A stretch of 64,000 bases of DNA from Octopus sinensis (Eukaryota), in contig NC_043012.1 in assembly GCF_006345805.1 (NCBI RefSeq), positions 42,594,001 through 42,658,000 on the forward strand, given 5' to 3'. The notes below the pieces were generated by a model. That model searched no databases. It saw nothing but the letters and a program-made list of their open reading frames with translations, and was not told the origin of the DNA. A program made the position numbers and the translations under genes. This document shows, one piece after another, positions 49,721-62,900 of the stretch. Every line of letters starts with the position of its first letter. The first letter of the stretch is position 1.

Positions 49721-50766
49721 TTCCACTTGATGGCTTCTTTCAAGAGAAATTGTAGGTAAATCCAATAGCAGTGGGAATCAACAATTATCCATAACACCTA
49801 TAGAGTAAAAAATAGCACAAGGAAAGTAGTTTTGTGAAAGGAAAAAAATTGTCATCTTATTCCTATGGATGTAAAGATGGAATCAAGATGAATGGGTAGG
49901 GGAAATACTGTATGGTTACAGCTAATTGAAGGAGTGCTGGATTTATGGTCACCTTGAACCACTGATTTAAGCCATAAAATATCTGCACACTACTCTCTTT
50001 ATCTCTATTTCTCTCTCACTCTCTCTCACACACACACACAAACACACACAGTTGTGTTAACATACAACATATGTACCGACAGACATTACTTTCATGATGG
50101 TGCTATTACTGTTGTTGGCACTTAGTTATTCAACAATTGGTAGGTTGGTGGTGATGCTGGCTGTATTAATGATGGTGGGTGTATTCTAGGTGGCTATATT
50201 GTTCTGATTAACTGTAGTGTTCTTACTGCTTAGTATCAAGTCAATCCTCACTGACCTAAGATTAAAGACATTTCATTCATAGTGTTCATACTATTGCTGT
50301 TGTTGCTCATTAAGAGCAATATATGTAGGGCCATCACCAACAACATCAGCATGATGAAAGGTCAGCTGGGATAGATTGTGGAAATGCTGGAATGGAGATG
50401 TATGCTGTTTATAAGCAGTAAGGTGAAAGCAAGCCTCTGCTGAACTTTTCATGAGCATGGAACAAAATACAAATTCTTCTCAGTAATTAGCAAGATAGTT
50501 GGAGTACATATATTGTTAATAGAGAACTATATAAAATAACTGAGGTACTCAGAGTGAGAGATTGATTAATTCAGCTTAGTTAGTCATAAATAATACAACT
50601 ATGACATTTATCTCTGCATATGCATCACATTCAGAACTGACAGATGAACAGAAGGACCGTTTTTATTAGACTCTTCTGTAAACTACCTCCTTAAAAAATC
50701 AATGTTGGACAACATCATCAGAACTTCTCTAGCATTTATGATACAAGGTTACAGTACATTTGGAGA

Positions 50767-51200
50767 TCACTGTAATGCAGCAGGATAAACAATATTCTTA
50801 GTTTTCCCCATTTGGTGTGAGTATGAAGAGATTGTTGTCATTTCCAACTCTTGAACAACCAACATAGAGCTGACCATGGGAAAAGCATTGCTGCATAAAG
50901 TGAAGTCCAACAACTTTGAGTGATTGTCCTTGACTCTTGTAAATTGACATTGCAAAACTAACTCTTACTGGAAATTGAAGTCTCTTAATTTAAAGGGCAT
51001 GTCTGCTGGAATCAGTGGAATTCTTAGAATAAACACATTTTCTCCCTTCCCTTGCCCAGTGAGAATTGTTGCTTCCAAAAGATGTGGATGCATTTGCCTA
51101 ACAATCAGTCTTTGAGGGATCCAGATTTCTCAAAATCATGATTGGAACTCCTTTCTTCAATGCTAGTTTGTAAGAAGGTATTCCAGGAAGATCCAAAGAG
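50767..51200 (-). mobile_element. Autonomous Helitron PIF1-helicase C-terminal remnant
   Basis: LKKGVPIMILRNLDP, FAMSIYKSQGQSLKVVGL, CFSHGQLYVGCSRVG and TKNIVYP. Confidence 0.88.
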
Positions 51201-52079
51201 TTAAGAAACTCAGTAGTTATTAATGTGGCTTATTGTTTGTGTTTGTCCCCTATTACCACTTGATAAGTGGTGTTGGTGAGTTTACGCTCATGTAACTTAG
51301 TCGTTTGGTAAAGGGGGCCAATAAAAAAAGTACCAGGTATAAAAAAGAAAGAATTGGTGTTGATTTGTTTAATTAAAATTCTTCAAAGTAGTACCCCAGC
51401 ATGGTCACAGTCTGATTACTGAAAAAGATAAAAGAACCACTAAATTCCTTTGTAAAAGTTTTAGCTAAGGAAGGTAACTCTTATTCACCTATCTCAGTAA
51501 TACTATGACATTGAAACCTCTTGCAGCCACTTTACCTGCTAGAATAGCAATCCAAATGCTTTTAAATCAGATCTTAATGCTGGATGTTTCAAATCCAAAT
51601 GAAGGGCAGATTTTCAATCCGCATTCCAAAAAGGTATGTTTATATAGAACAAATGTAGACTAAGATACAAGGGTCCCAGATAGCCAGACAGAAGTTTGCT
51701 TTTATTAATATAAATGTATACTATTTAGTTGCTGATACATCCAATACTTTGCATTTCATTGTGGGCTAGTAGTCAAAGTGTTGGGTTCACTAATTCCTGA
51801 ACTAAGTGATATGTTGTATCTTCCTTGCTCAAGTGTACTCAACTGAAAATTATTACTACTTGCTTCAGCTACGAAATACCGAATGCTCTACTGGGTTAAG
51901 GTTGTGAAGGCCAATAAAGTATTAATGTCTTGTCACAACTAAATAGACACCTAAAATAATTAGTAAAAGCATGGTACATCCTTCCAAGTCACTTTTGAGT
52001 GATGGCTGTGGTTTTATTATACCTTAAATGTAATTAATGATAAAAAATACATAAGGATTCTTACATCTACAGAATAGTT

Positions 52080-52615
52080 GCAGGTATGGGTGTGGTTAAG
52101 AAGTTTGCTTTACAACCATATGGTTCTGGGTTCAGACCCACTATGTAGTATTATGGGGCAAGTGTCATTTATGGTTCTCCCAGGTCAACTAAAAAAACCT
52201 GTGAATGGCTTTGGTAGGTAGAAACTGTGAGGAAGGTCACTGTGTGTATGTCAGTGCGTGCGTATGTGCAAGGCCACTGTGTGTGCGTATGTGCAAGTGT
52301 ATGTGATTGTACGTATGTATGTGTATATATTATTTTACTATTTCCAGCTTAAAGCCTTTGACCAAGCTGTGTATGTGTGTGTGTGCACACATGGTATGTG
52401 TTTGTTCCTCACTATATGCAGTCAGTGTTAGTTTGTTCATGTCTCTGTAAGTTAGTTTCAGCAAAAATAGACCAAGAGAAGTATCAGAATTTAAAATAGG
52501 TATTGGGAACAAGCTGATTTGATTGACAAAATCAACATGGCCACAGCTGGTGCAGCCAACTAATCTGACTGACTGCCCCAACATGGCCATAGTCCAATGA
52601 TTAAAGTTATCTACA
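52080..52615 (+). mobile_element. Decayed tRNA-derived SINE
   Basis: A/B-box head, GGGCAAGTGTC block and family tail, diverged from 7714. Confidence 0.65.
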
Positions 52616-53129
52616 AGAGTAAAAAAAATACTGACCAACAAAAAATAAATCATAACAAAAATATTTCTGAAATAAGAGATCCTCTCTGAATCACAAAGAA
52701 CCATTTTATGAAAAGTGACAAGCTTTTGTACAAGGCAAACATTTTGACTAACCCAAAATGATTTCATCAATAATTAGATAAAGTTAAAATAGAAATTAAT
52801 GCAACAGCAAGATGAATATAATAGCAAAAGAATCACTACAAAGAGGATTGTTCAAAACAACAAACACTAGAACTATACAATTGTGCAAGAAGCTCAAATA
52901 CTACAAAAAAATACATAACTGAAAAGCACTAAGAATTGATAAAATAGCAAAACTTCTGGTTAAAATAATTAACACATAACAGTATCCAAAAAAGAACAAA
53001 AAACAAACAAAACACAAAAAACTCATTAACAAAACAACAAACTCTAGAAACCACAGCCTGCTTCCTTACAGCTTACAAAGACTTAATTGTAATAACATCA
53101 TGAAGGATAATGTTTAGAAAAAACTACTT

Positions 53130-53620
53130 ATTTCTAGAGGAACAAGGGATGCTGCAAAGACTATAAAGATCAACTACTAACAAACAAAACTACAAAGAGA
53201 AGAAGGGTCTTCTAAGCATGCTATAGATTGACTACCAGAAAGTATATGACAGTGTCTTGGAAGCACGGGCCATGTGTAAGTTAGAACTAATATTACCAAT
53301 AATAAGCAGGTGCATTGAACACATGAATGAATAGTGCAAATATAAGCAAAGAAAGGAATTATCAAAACTAACCTTATGTCTACTAAAAAAAAAGAATATT
53401 CTAAGTGGATACCCTTTCTCCATTCCTTTTCTGCTTGGAATTAACATTAATAAACATTAAACCAGACAGGACTTATATACAAATGCTATGAGAGAACAAA
53501 CATCTTTTGTACACAAGTAACCTTAAGTTGCACACTGTAAATGAAATACAAATAAAACACTACTACAGACAAGACACAAATTTACTGGAGTAATTGATAT
53601 GAGATTTGGTCCAGGACTAC
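53130..53620 (+). mobile_element. R4/Dong-like LINE RT remnant
   Basis: Decayed GCKDQLL.NK and LSML.IDYQKVYDSV motifs. Confidence 0.55.
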
Positions 53621-54319
53621 AGCTCTGTCAAAGACACACAGTGGAAGAGCAAATTTGACAAATGGTGATCACACACCTGCTCACAGTCAAGGAAGTGCTG
53701 GAGATCTAACCTCAGCGCATGTCTGCACATCAGATCCTTTTCTTCAGCAAGTGTTGACAACAATAGCATGCCTGACCAGTAGAATGTGTCCTTTTTAGAA
53801 AAAAAAAACAGAAAGGTGGGTGCTCCAGTTTGGTCAGGTGGCAATACATAATGGAGGTGATGTATGCATTCACCACCTTTGCCCAACTTTCCTGAAATAA
53901 CCTTCTCTCAGCCCATTTCTAGATGAGATTAACCACCCTGCTAGTCACCTTGTCCCAGTTCTTCTCCACCTGGAGATCCAGGTCAAACCAGTCCCAGAGC
54001 AATTTAATAGGTCTCTCCGTCCGGTGTCCCACAACATTATTGGACAGCATGGACTGGAAGCCTTGTGCTGTCTGATAGGGTTAAGCCTGGGATTGCTTCA
54101 ACAATTTGCTGATCCACCTGAATTAAGAACTTCATTCCTGACCCAACTTGTTGTTTTTGCAATCTCTGTATCTGCAGAATACTGGTTTTCTCCTCTATAT
54201 CGAAGACAACTGCTTCCACCAATGCACAAATGTTGATTTCTGGGGGCACATTTATTTTTATTTTAAAGACTCTTCAGTCAAGAAAAATGGGGATGAGGAT
54301 CAATTCATCACTTATTGGG

Positions 54320-54640
54320 GTGGTTGTTAAGTGCTTTTTGGCCTCATCCACCAAAAAGCAAAGAATCACTTCTACAGTTCCATATTTATTTCCCCTCATA
54401 ACCATACCAATGCAGTCATCTCTCTTGCACACCACATCTTATGCCTCCTATTACCAACTTTTCTCACAAGATGTTTACACAGTTGTGCATGCACACTGAT
54501 ACTGCATATACAGTGAAGCATACTAGCTTCATTTCTTTCAAAACCATGCATGTCCTCAGCAGTCACAGCCTATGTTTCACTGCCATGTAGCATGTGTGCT
54601 TGCACACTGGTCATAATTGAGTAACCAAGTAGAACTGCAG
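54320..54640 (-). mobile_element. RTE LINE C-terminal remnant
   Basis: Reverse complement is homologous to 19900-20250. Confidence 0.7.
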
Positions 54641-55004
54641 TGGCACATAAGAGACAACACGAAAGTAAAACTTTTTAGCATAGAAAGGACAGCCATGTCA
54701 AATAGTCTTCATCACGTAACCATTACATTCAGTGAAATAACATGCAATACCGCTATAATAAACAATGTATGACACTGTGTAGGAAGAATTTCCTTGTTTA
54801 TTCTATTACTTTGTCTAATATCTTTAAGAGCCATGACACTGGCATCAACATTAACTTCAACTGATGACAAGATATCATTAACCTTTGGCTGTTTGCAAGC
54901 TGGTCTTCTAATCACCTGGACTTGGTCTTGTTCTGGCTTTATTTAAAAATTTATCCTTTCATTTCCTTCATCAGAGCACTTACTTATTTGATCATTGCAT
55001 ACTA

Positions 55005-56381
55005 TCAGGTCATCCCATAAATTCTGTCCAAATTTTGAATAAAGAAAACAAGTGATCAAATGTTATATTTAATTGAAATTTAATCATCACTGTACTTTCC
55101 TTGATTATCTATGACTTCCTTCCATCTATTTACAAGCTTTTTAATCCCATCAATGTAAAACTCTTTTGCTTTCAAAGCGAAGAACTCTGAAATGTCAGTT
55201 TCGACCTCCTCCTGGCTTGTGAAAGTTATGTCCCACAAATGATTCTGTAAACTACGAAACAAATGGTAGTCTGAAGGAGCAAGGCTGGGAGAATAAGGGG
55301 AATGAGGAATTTTTTTCCCAACCAAGCTCTTCGATCTTAGGTGATGTGATCTTTGCAGTGTGGGGTCACGCATTGTCCTGATCGCTCTTTTTCGATTCAC
55401 TAAAGCTCTTTACTCTTTTACTTGTTTCAGTCATTTGACTGTGGCCATGCTGGAGCACCGCCTTTAGTCGAGCAAATCTACCCTGGAACTTATTCTTTTG
55501 TAAGCCCAGTAAGCGGGGGTTTTTTTCTTCAAAGCTTGGTTCAAACTCTCTAATTGCTGAAGTAGACTTGAGCATCAATTGTTGCATTAGGTGGAAACAA
55601 TTCAAAGTGAATTACTCCTTTGCAATCCCACCAGATAGAGAGAAGAACCTTTTTCCCATAAAGTTCCCTTCTCAGTTGTGGTTGAGCTTTTAACCTTTTT
55701 ACTAAGCCACTGTTTACAATGTTTAACATTTCGATAGAGGATCCATTTTTCGTCACCAGTCACAAGTCTATCCAAAAAGGGTGAAATGAGTTCACGAGAA
55801 TGGAGAGAAGAGCAGATGTCAACTCAGGATTTGCAATTGCTTTCAGAGAATTCATGAGGCACCCATTTTCCAAGTTTAGGAACCTTTCCAAGTTGTTGAA
55901 GATGATGATGAACAGCTGTATGGTTTGAATTAAGCTTTATTGCTAATTCTTCAACTGATAATGCAGGAGTTTCTTCAAGTAATGCCTCAAGGAGCTTATC
56001 ATCAAACTCAACTGGACGTCCTGTTCGATCTTCACCTTCAAGGCTGAAATCTCCACTTCTGAATTTTGCAAACCATCTTCTGCAAGTTCTTTCATTCAAG
56101 CATTCTTTCCCTTAAACTGAGTGTATGTTTCGAGTCACTTTGGCTGCAGAGTTTCCTTTTTGTACTCATAAAGCATTATTTACCTCAAATGCTCTTTGGA
56201 TACTTCCATATTAGAAAGGGTTTTAATCAAAGAAATTTTAATTCTATTATTCTGTAAAATAATATTTAAATAGTTTAAATGTACAAAAATGCATAAAAAT
56301 AATTTTTAATTCCATTTTAATTCCAATTTCATTCAATTTTAAAAAAAGGTAAAATTGAACAGAACTTATGGAATGACCTCA
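55005..56381 (-). mobile_element. Second mariner family, full length, disrupted; carries a SINE-tail insertion (~55405-55512)
   Basis: Imperfect TIRs TCAGGTCATCCCATAAATTCTGTCC / GAACAGAACTTATGGAATGACCTCA. Motifs RWFAKFRSGDFSL, GKWVPHE, KKVLLSIWWD and HSPYSPSLAPSDYHLF. Confidence 0.92.
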
Positions 56382-56954
56382 TCCACTTGTCATTCTTCAC
56401 CACCAATGATATATTTTTGTCCTTCTGTATTAGATGTCAAGCTTTTACATGTATTAAGCTTAGAAGTATACCGCAGAGGAACATTAATGTCAAAAGATAT
56501 TGTTAAAGGTGATCTCTGACATCCCATTAATGCTGAAGGGTTTCTTTTTCTTCTGGCATGGGAAGTTGAGCAATAGGTGAATAGAATCTTGAAAAATAGG
56601 CACCAAAGGAACCAACTATTTTAGAAAAAGCTTTAACTTCCATTTTCAAAATCTATATCACTCTTTCGACCTATGTTCTGTGACAATTCTTTTAGTCTAT
56701 TATCATTAGCATTTGTGGTAAAATTATTAATCCTTTTAAACTGCTAAATATAGCTGACACAACCTGGCAGCACCTTTTCCTGAAACTGCAGGTGTTTTAA
56801 TATTTTGGAGTGATTTGTAGATTTGATAAGTCATTAATCATTTGCATTTGTATGAGGCCCACCTTCAGCAGATAATCCTTCTAACTCCAAGCTATCAAAT
56901 TCATAAAAATATGCAGCTTCTCTCAATCTTTCATAATCTTTTCTACTCTAGGCA

Positions 56955-57100
56955 CAAGGCCCAAAATGTCTGGGGAGGGGGGGTCAGTCGATTAGATCGA
57001 CCCCAGTATACAACTGGTACTTAATTAATTGACCCCGAAAGAATGAAAGGCAAAGTCAACTTTGGTGAAATTTGAACTCAGAATGTAAAGACAGACGAAA
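56955..57100 (-). mobile_element. SINE, second family (Meta-domain-like core)
   Basis: Reverse complement contains TTCTGAGTTCAAATT...GCCTTTCATTCTTTCGGGGTCAATTAATTAAGTACCAG. Same family as 62545. Confidence 0.72.
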
Positions 57101-57953
57101 TAATATTGATGCACTGGTTCTGATAACATTTACTTTAGAACCAGAAAATGTATCCTTTGAATAATAACCAACTTCTTTGGTTTCATTGAGGACATAATTG
57201 TTTCTCTGTCTGTGAAGTGCATCAAATCCAACAATTTAGGGTACACTATCACAGAAACTCTTTCAATATTTTCAACCTCTCCTTAAGAGATGAAGAGAAC
57301 AATTATTTCTGTACCACAGCAGAGTCCTTAAGCTTCCTTGTCTTAATCTTAATCGGGCTACAATCAACTCAGATAGTATTAATTCTCTAAATCTGTTATG
57401 TTATTAATTATAAGTTATTATGACCAAATAGACTGCAGCTCCTGACAGAAATCCATTAATGTGATTCCACAGTAAAGTTTTTATTGAAGTAGTCACATAC
57501 AGGCCCTTTACTTCCATTGGCCTAAATCAACCGAATAACTATGTGAAACTGAAGTTGCATGCAAGATGTATGAAGGAAAATGTTCTAGATATAAAGCGTA
57601 GCTACGTTAAATAGTCTTCATCACATGACCATCAAGTTGGGCCACATGATACTGTCATGGAAACACATGCAACATTACTAGAATAAAACATTAATACAAC
57701 AACAACTACAACAATGTGATGAGTCTTCTCGTTAGTCTTTCTCCAAGCGTTTCTATCCTGCAACATTTAACTTACATTGAGCTAAACTTCATCCCAAATA
57801 TAGCTAATTAACTGTAGCAAATTTCTATCACTCTATCAGAATTCATTACGCATGTACTGTCCAACTACATGGTATCTCAATGCTAGTACAGTCAAAGCAT
57901 TTGCACAAACACAATTTTTATACTCAGTTGTTTTACAACATCCAAAAGTTTAC

Positions 57954-58101
57954 CTCATCTCCATTTCTGGTGAAGAAAACTTTCACAAGAGGGCGTACAC
58001 CACTCACATCAGTTTGGTCAAATTTTATACCACAGCCAATTCTGTCACCAGTCAAGCATTTTGAACCAAATGGCCGGCCAATACCACAAGACTTGTATAA
58101 C
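57954..58101 (-). CDS. SPRYD3: SPRYD3 exon (148 nt, phase 2-0)
   Basis: tacag|G TTA...GAG|gtaaa encodes LYKSCGIGRPFGSKCLTGDRIGCGIKFDQTDVSGVRPLVKVFFTRNGDE (cf. LYNGRAKGRQFGSKCNSGDRIGCGI...IFFTKNGKR). Splices in frame to 43698. Confidence 0.92.
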
Positions 58102-58934
58102 CTGTAATAGTGAAGAAACTAGAACATTTGAAAATATAAAATTTGTGTCAAATGAAGAAAGAATAACCAATATATATTTGTGTATATAAAATAGTGTCAA
58201 GTTTTTAGGAAACCATGTTCAATTACTAACTGGAACCACTACTCTTTACAAAATACCCCATACCAGATACTTAGAGCAAGGTGGATTCATTAATACTGAC
58301 ATTTTGAGACAATGCATCAAAATAAAACACTTAGAAGCCAGTGTGTTTTTTTTTTTTATCTTTTACCTTTTACTGGTTTCTGCCCAGGGCTGAGGTCATG
58401 CTGGTGCACAACCTGTTATGCAAAAATTTTCATTTTATTTTCAAGTAATGTAGATTTTATTTTTTAGTTCAAGATTTCAAACTCTTAAAATTATGTTTTC
58501 CTGAACTGAAAGTGAGAAGGAGAATTTAGACAGAAATTTTTAAAATTAAATTTGAGATCTTTTAAAATTTTTTCTACTCACAGACTTTTTACAAATTTTC
58601 AACACTGATGTAGCTTTGTATAATGACAAAAAAAATCACATTCTTTTTCTGACAAAATTAATAATAAAAAATGTAGCACATCTTTAAATCTATGTAATTT
58701 TAAATAATCAAAATCCTATCCTCCACCACTGACATACTAGAAGTCACATTGTCTGATTCCAATGGATCAGCATTAACACTATTCATAATTCCTCTTAGAA
58801 TTGTAATTCTGTTTGTGTATTCCTGAGTGAAGAATCTGACCACAGTCCATTTTTGTATGAAGGAGTTATGACTCTTGATTACAAAAATCATTTAGATAAC
58901 TATAGGAGATCTACTCCACAATTCCTTAAGGAAA

Positions 58935-59265
58935 GTGGTCCCCCATAGAATTGTTGAAATTGATGAAACAGTGTTTTGAGGCAAAAATATAACAAAGGTA
59001 AAATGTTATTTGAACAATAGGTTTGTATAAGAAGTATTTCTTTATGTTGTGCCTCCTTAGGAGTGTGACACATTAGAAGAGTGCATTCAACAATCAATTA
59101 TTCCAGGAACAACAATATACAGTGACATGTGGTCACTGTATATTGTAGTTCCTGGAAGATATTAGATTCCCATTTTCCAGAGATACATGGCTACTATTCT
59201 CTGCACAGAATGGCGAACTTGCAAGATGGCATCCACATTCAACAAGTGGAACGCATTTGGCCAAG
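58935..59265 (+). mobile_element. Merlin (IS1595/ISXO2-like) transposase remnant
   Basis: Frameshifted RIVEIDETVF..KKYNKG, IIPGTTIYSDMWS and GIHIQQVERIW motifs. Confidence 0.78.
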
Positions 59266-59299
59266 CTCAAGCAAGGAAATGAACAGTGACCTGGTACTC

Positions 59300-59650
59300 A
59301 TTAATCTTTTATTTTACTTGTTTCAGTCATTTGACTGCAGCCATGCTGGAGCACTGCCTTTAGTTGAACAAATCGACCCCAGGACTTATTCTTTGTAAAC
59401 CTTAGTACTTATTCTATTGTTCTCTTTTGCCAAACCACTAAGTTACGGGGATGTAAACACACCAGCATCAGTTGTCAAGCGATGGGGGGGGGATACAAAC
59501 ACATTTTCCGTCTACCAAATCCACTCACAAGGCTTTGGTTGGCCTGAGGCTACAGTAGAAGACACTTGCCCAAGGTGCCATGCAGTGGGACTGAACCCAG
59601 AACCATGTTGTTGGTAAGCAAGCTACTTACCACACAACCACTCCAGTCTA
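59300..59650 (-). mobile_element. tRNA-derived SINE
   Basis: Reverse complement of the 7714 family, head to tail. Confidence 0.85.
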
Positions 59651-59960
59651 CAATAAACTTGTATCTCTGTGAGTTCATGTGGTGCTGCTAGTACAAAAAC
59701 TCACACTGCATAGTAGAATTTCGTTTATGCTTTCTTCCTGTTTGATCAAGGCACTGTTTGAGGTTGCGTAACATTTTAGTTACATTTCACTAAATTCTTT
59801 TAATTTAAAAAAGAAAATTCAAGCTTTCATAATGTTTTGATTTTCTTATCATTGCCCTCTGGATAACAATGATAATGTTAAAGATGTTCCCATGGAAACA
59901 CACAACTGCAATTATGGTATATCAGTAATGGAGGATTCCAATTGGCTAAAATTACATAAC

Positions 59961-62900
59961 TGTTGTGTGGACGCCCCCAGACGATAAGTAAGCTAGTCCA
60001 ATATGTATGAATAGTGGACATGAAAGTTAGTCATAGAAGCGTTGCGTAGAGCAAACTGGAGCCGTCAGTAGACTAGACGTCGAGTACTGTTGAGTTGAGT
60101 TGTTGGAAGTGAGAGTTCGGTAGTTGAGTAGAGGTACGTTATTGACGAAGGCACGCCATCTGAATGTGCGATATAACAGTGGTGACAAGGCTTTGAATAG
60201 TACCGAAATGGAAGAGTTACTGAAAGCAGTTGTCACAAGAGCAGCAACTACAGAAGTTAACAGAATTGTTACTGCAGTCGAGAAATACGATAGAATCATT
60301 TTCAGCAGATGGTGTTGCAAATTCCATCAAAGAATTTCACTACAAACCAAATGAAGGAACTACTTTTACTGCATATTACAGACAATACAAAGACATATTC
60401 CGAGAGGAATGCAAGGAATGGTCTAGTGAAAGGAAGGTGACTTCTTTTATGAAAGCTTGCCCCTCTAGAACATGAAAGTTTTTGTAACTTTATTTTGCCG
60501 AGAAAGCCCGTGGAATTGTGCTTTGATGAAACGATAAATATTTTTACTAATATTTTTAGCAAGAAAAGTTCACAGTTTAACATCCAGTGGGAATGTTTAA
60601 ATTTAAAGAAAAATGAGCATACGATTTTGTAACATATGCCGGTATGGTTAATAAGGCTTGCGAAAGGTTAAAGCTGGAAGAATTAATGCCAGATATGTTC
60701 AAGTGCCTAATATTTGTTAAAGGGCTGGTGGCAATGGAAGATGCGGAAATTAGAAAAAGAATATTATCAAAGCTGAATCGAGATGTGAAACTAACCTTGC
60801 AGAAAGTGGTTGAGTAATGCCAACAAATAATAAACCTTCGAGTTGATACAAGAAAAATAGAAGACAATGATAAGAATGTACAAATGTGTAAAGAAAGTAC
60901 AGATAGAAGAAAATATATAAATTCAAAACGGTGCTATGGTTGCGGAGACAAATATTTGAGGAAAGATTGCCTCTTTAAAGATAAAACATGTTTTAAGTGT
61001 GGTAAAATTGGGCATATACAGATGAAATGCCGGTCAAAGAAAATTGTAAAACTGAAGAAAGTCTACTCAACAAAAGTAAATTATACCCTACAAAATCAAA
61101 AATTTGTGTTGGTAGAAATAAATGGTTTCAGACCAAAATGTAGTTATATACCAGTTCAGACATATTGATAATATATACGGCAACATGGAGTAAGATAGGC
61201 AGGCCGGTGTATAAAAAAACTACTAGGATAGCTCACGGTGTGTCAGGGGAATGAGTTCAATTCTTGGGTGAAATTTCACCAGAAATAAAACTTAAAAACA
61301 TGACATGGAAAAGTAAACTAATGGTATCTAAGAATACAATGAATCTGTTTGGGACAGATTTAATAGACGAATTCAACCTGTGGGATCTACCATTGAATAC
61401 ACTATGTAGTAAGGTGAATGTGTCACAGTCCATGTCAGAGAAAGCATCGGAAAAATTGAAATTAAAATTGAAAAAGATGTGTTTTCGAAAGAACTTGGTA
61501 TGTGCAAAAAAATCAAAAGTTTGAGTTGAAAGAAAATGCAGTGCTGGTGTTCAAACTGAAAAGGAATGTACCTTTTGCAACGTTAAATCAAGTTGAGAAG
61601 GAATTAAAAAGATTGGAAGACATGGAGGTAATTGAAAAAGTAGACTACTCTGAGTGGGCAGCTCCTACGGTATATATAAAAAAGAAGAACAACGAAATAA
61701 GAGTATGTGTGGACTTCTCAACTGGTCTTAATGATTGTTTAAAAAATTATTATTATCCGCTTCCAAACCCAGAAGAAATATTTGTTAAGAGCAATGGTGG
61801 GAAAATTTTTTCCAAGCAGGATTTGTCAGAGGCCTACCTCCAATTACTGGGAGATGAAGAATGTGCTAAAGTATAAACAATCAATACTCATAAAGGTCTC
61901 TATCGTTACAAAAGACTGCCATTTGGGGTTAAGGTCGCACCAGCAATATTTCAGCAAGTGATGGATACTATGCTAGCAGATTGTGAGTTCACGGTCCCAT
62001 ACTTGGATGACATATCGATCAAAAGTGAATCGAGAGACCAACATATTCAACATATAGACAAGGTTTTCAAACGAATAAGCGATTATGGGTTTAAAGTGTG
62101 GATAAATGTGAATTTTTCTTGACAAAAATAAAGTACTTAGGACAGATGAAAACCAGACCCTTCTAGGATTGATGCCATAAAAAAAAAAAATGCTTGCTCC
62201 CACTAACAAAACAACACTACAAGCATTTTTAGGTCTGGTAAGCTATTACCAGCTGTACATACCTAAAATGTATGAGCTAAGAGCTCCTTTGAACAAGTTG
62301 CTAAAGAAGGACTTGAAATGAGATTAGACAAACGAATGTCAGAAAGCATTCGAGGAATTAAAAAAGCAGTTAACATCAGAGTTATCATAAACTCATTTCA
62401 ACCCAAACCTGAAAATAATTGTGGCATCGGATGCCAGTGAATATGGTATAGGAGCTGTGATATTGCATGAATTTAATGTTGGTAAAATCAAAGTTATTGC
62501 ACATGCATCGAGAGTTCTATTACCAGCGGAAAGAAATTACAGCCTGAGGCAGTGAGGTGGCAGAAACGTTAGCACACAGGGTGAGATGCTTAGCAGTATT
62601 TCATCTGCCATTACGTTCTGAGTTCAAATTCTGCTGAGGTCAACTTTGCCTTTCATCCTTTCGGGGTTGATAAATTAAGTATGAGTTACGCACTGAGGTC
62701 AATGTAATTGTCTTAATCCCTTTGTCTGTTCTTGTTTGTCCCCTCTATGTTTAGTCCCTTGTGGGCAATAAAGAAATAAGAAACTACAGCCAGATTGAAA
62801 AAGAGGTGTTATCATTAATCTTTGCAGTAAAAAAACTCCATAAATTCTTACATGGGAGGAAGTTTACACTGCAAACGGATCACCAACCGTTACTGTCTAT

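Noticed and set aside
53620-54250. Several overlapping 70-90 aa ORFs
   Set aside because: No motif I can recognise. Probably decayed TE sequence.
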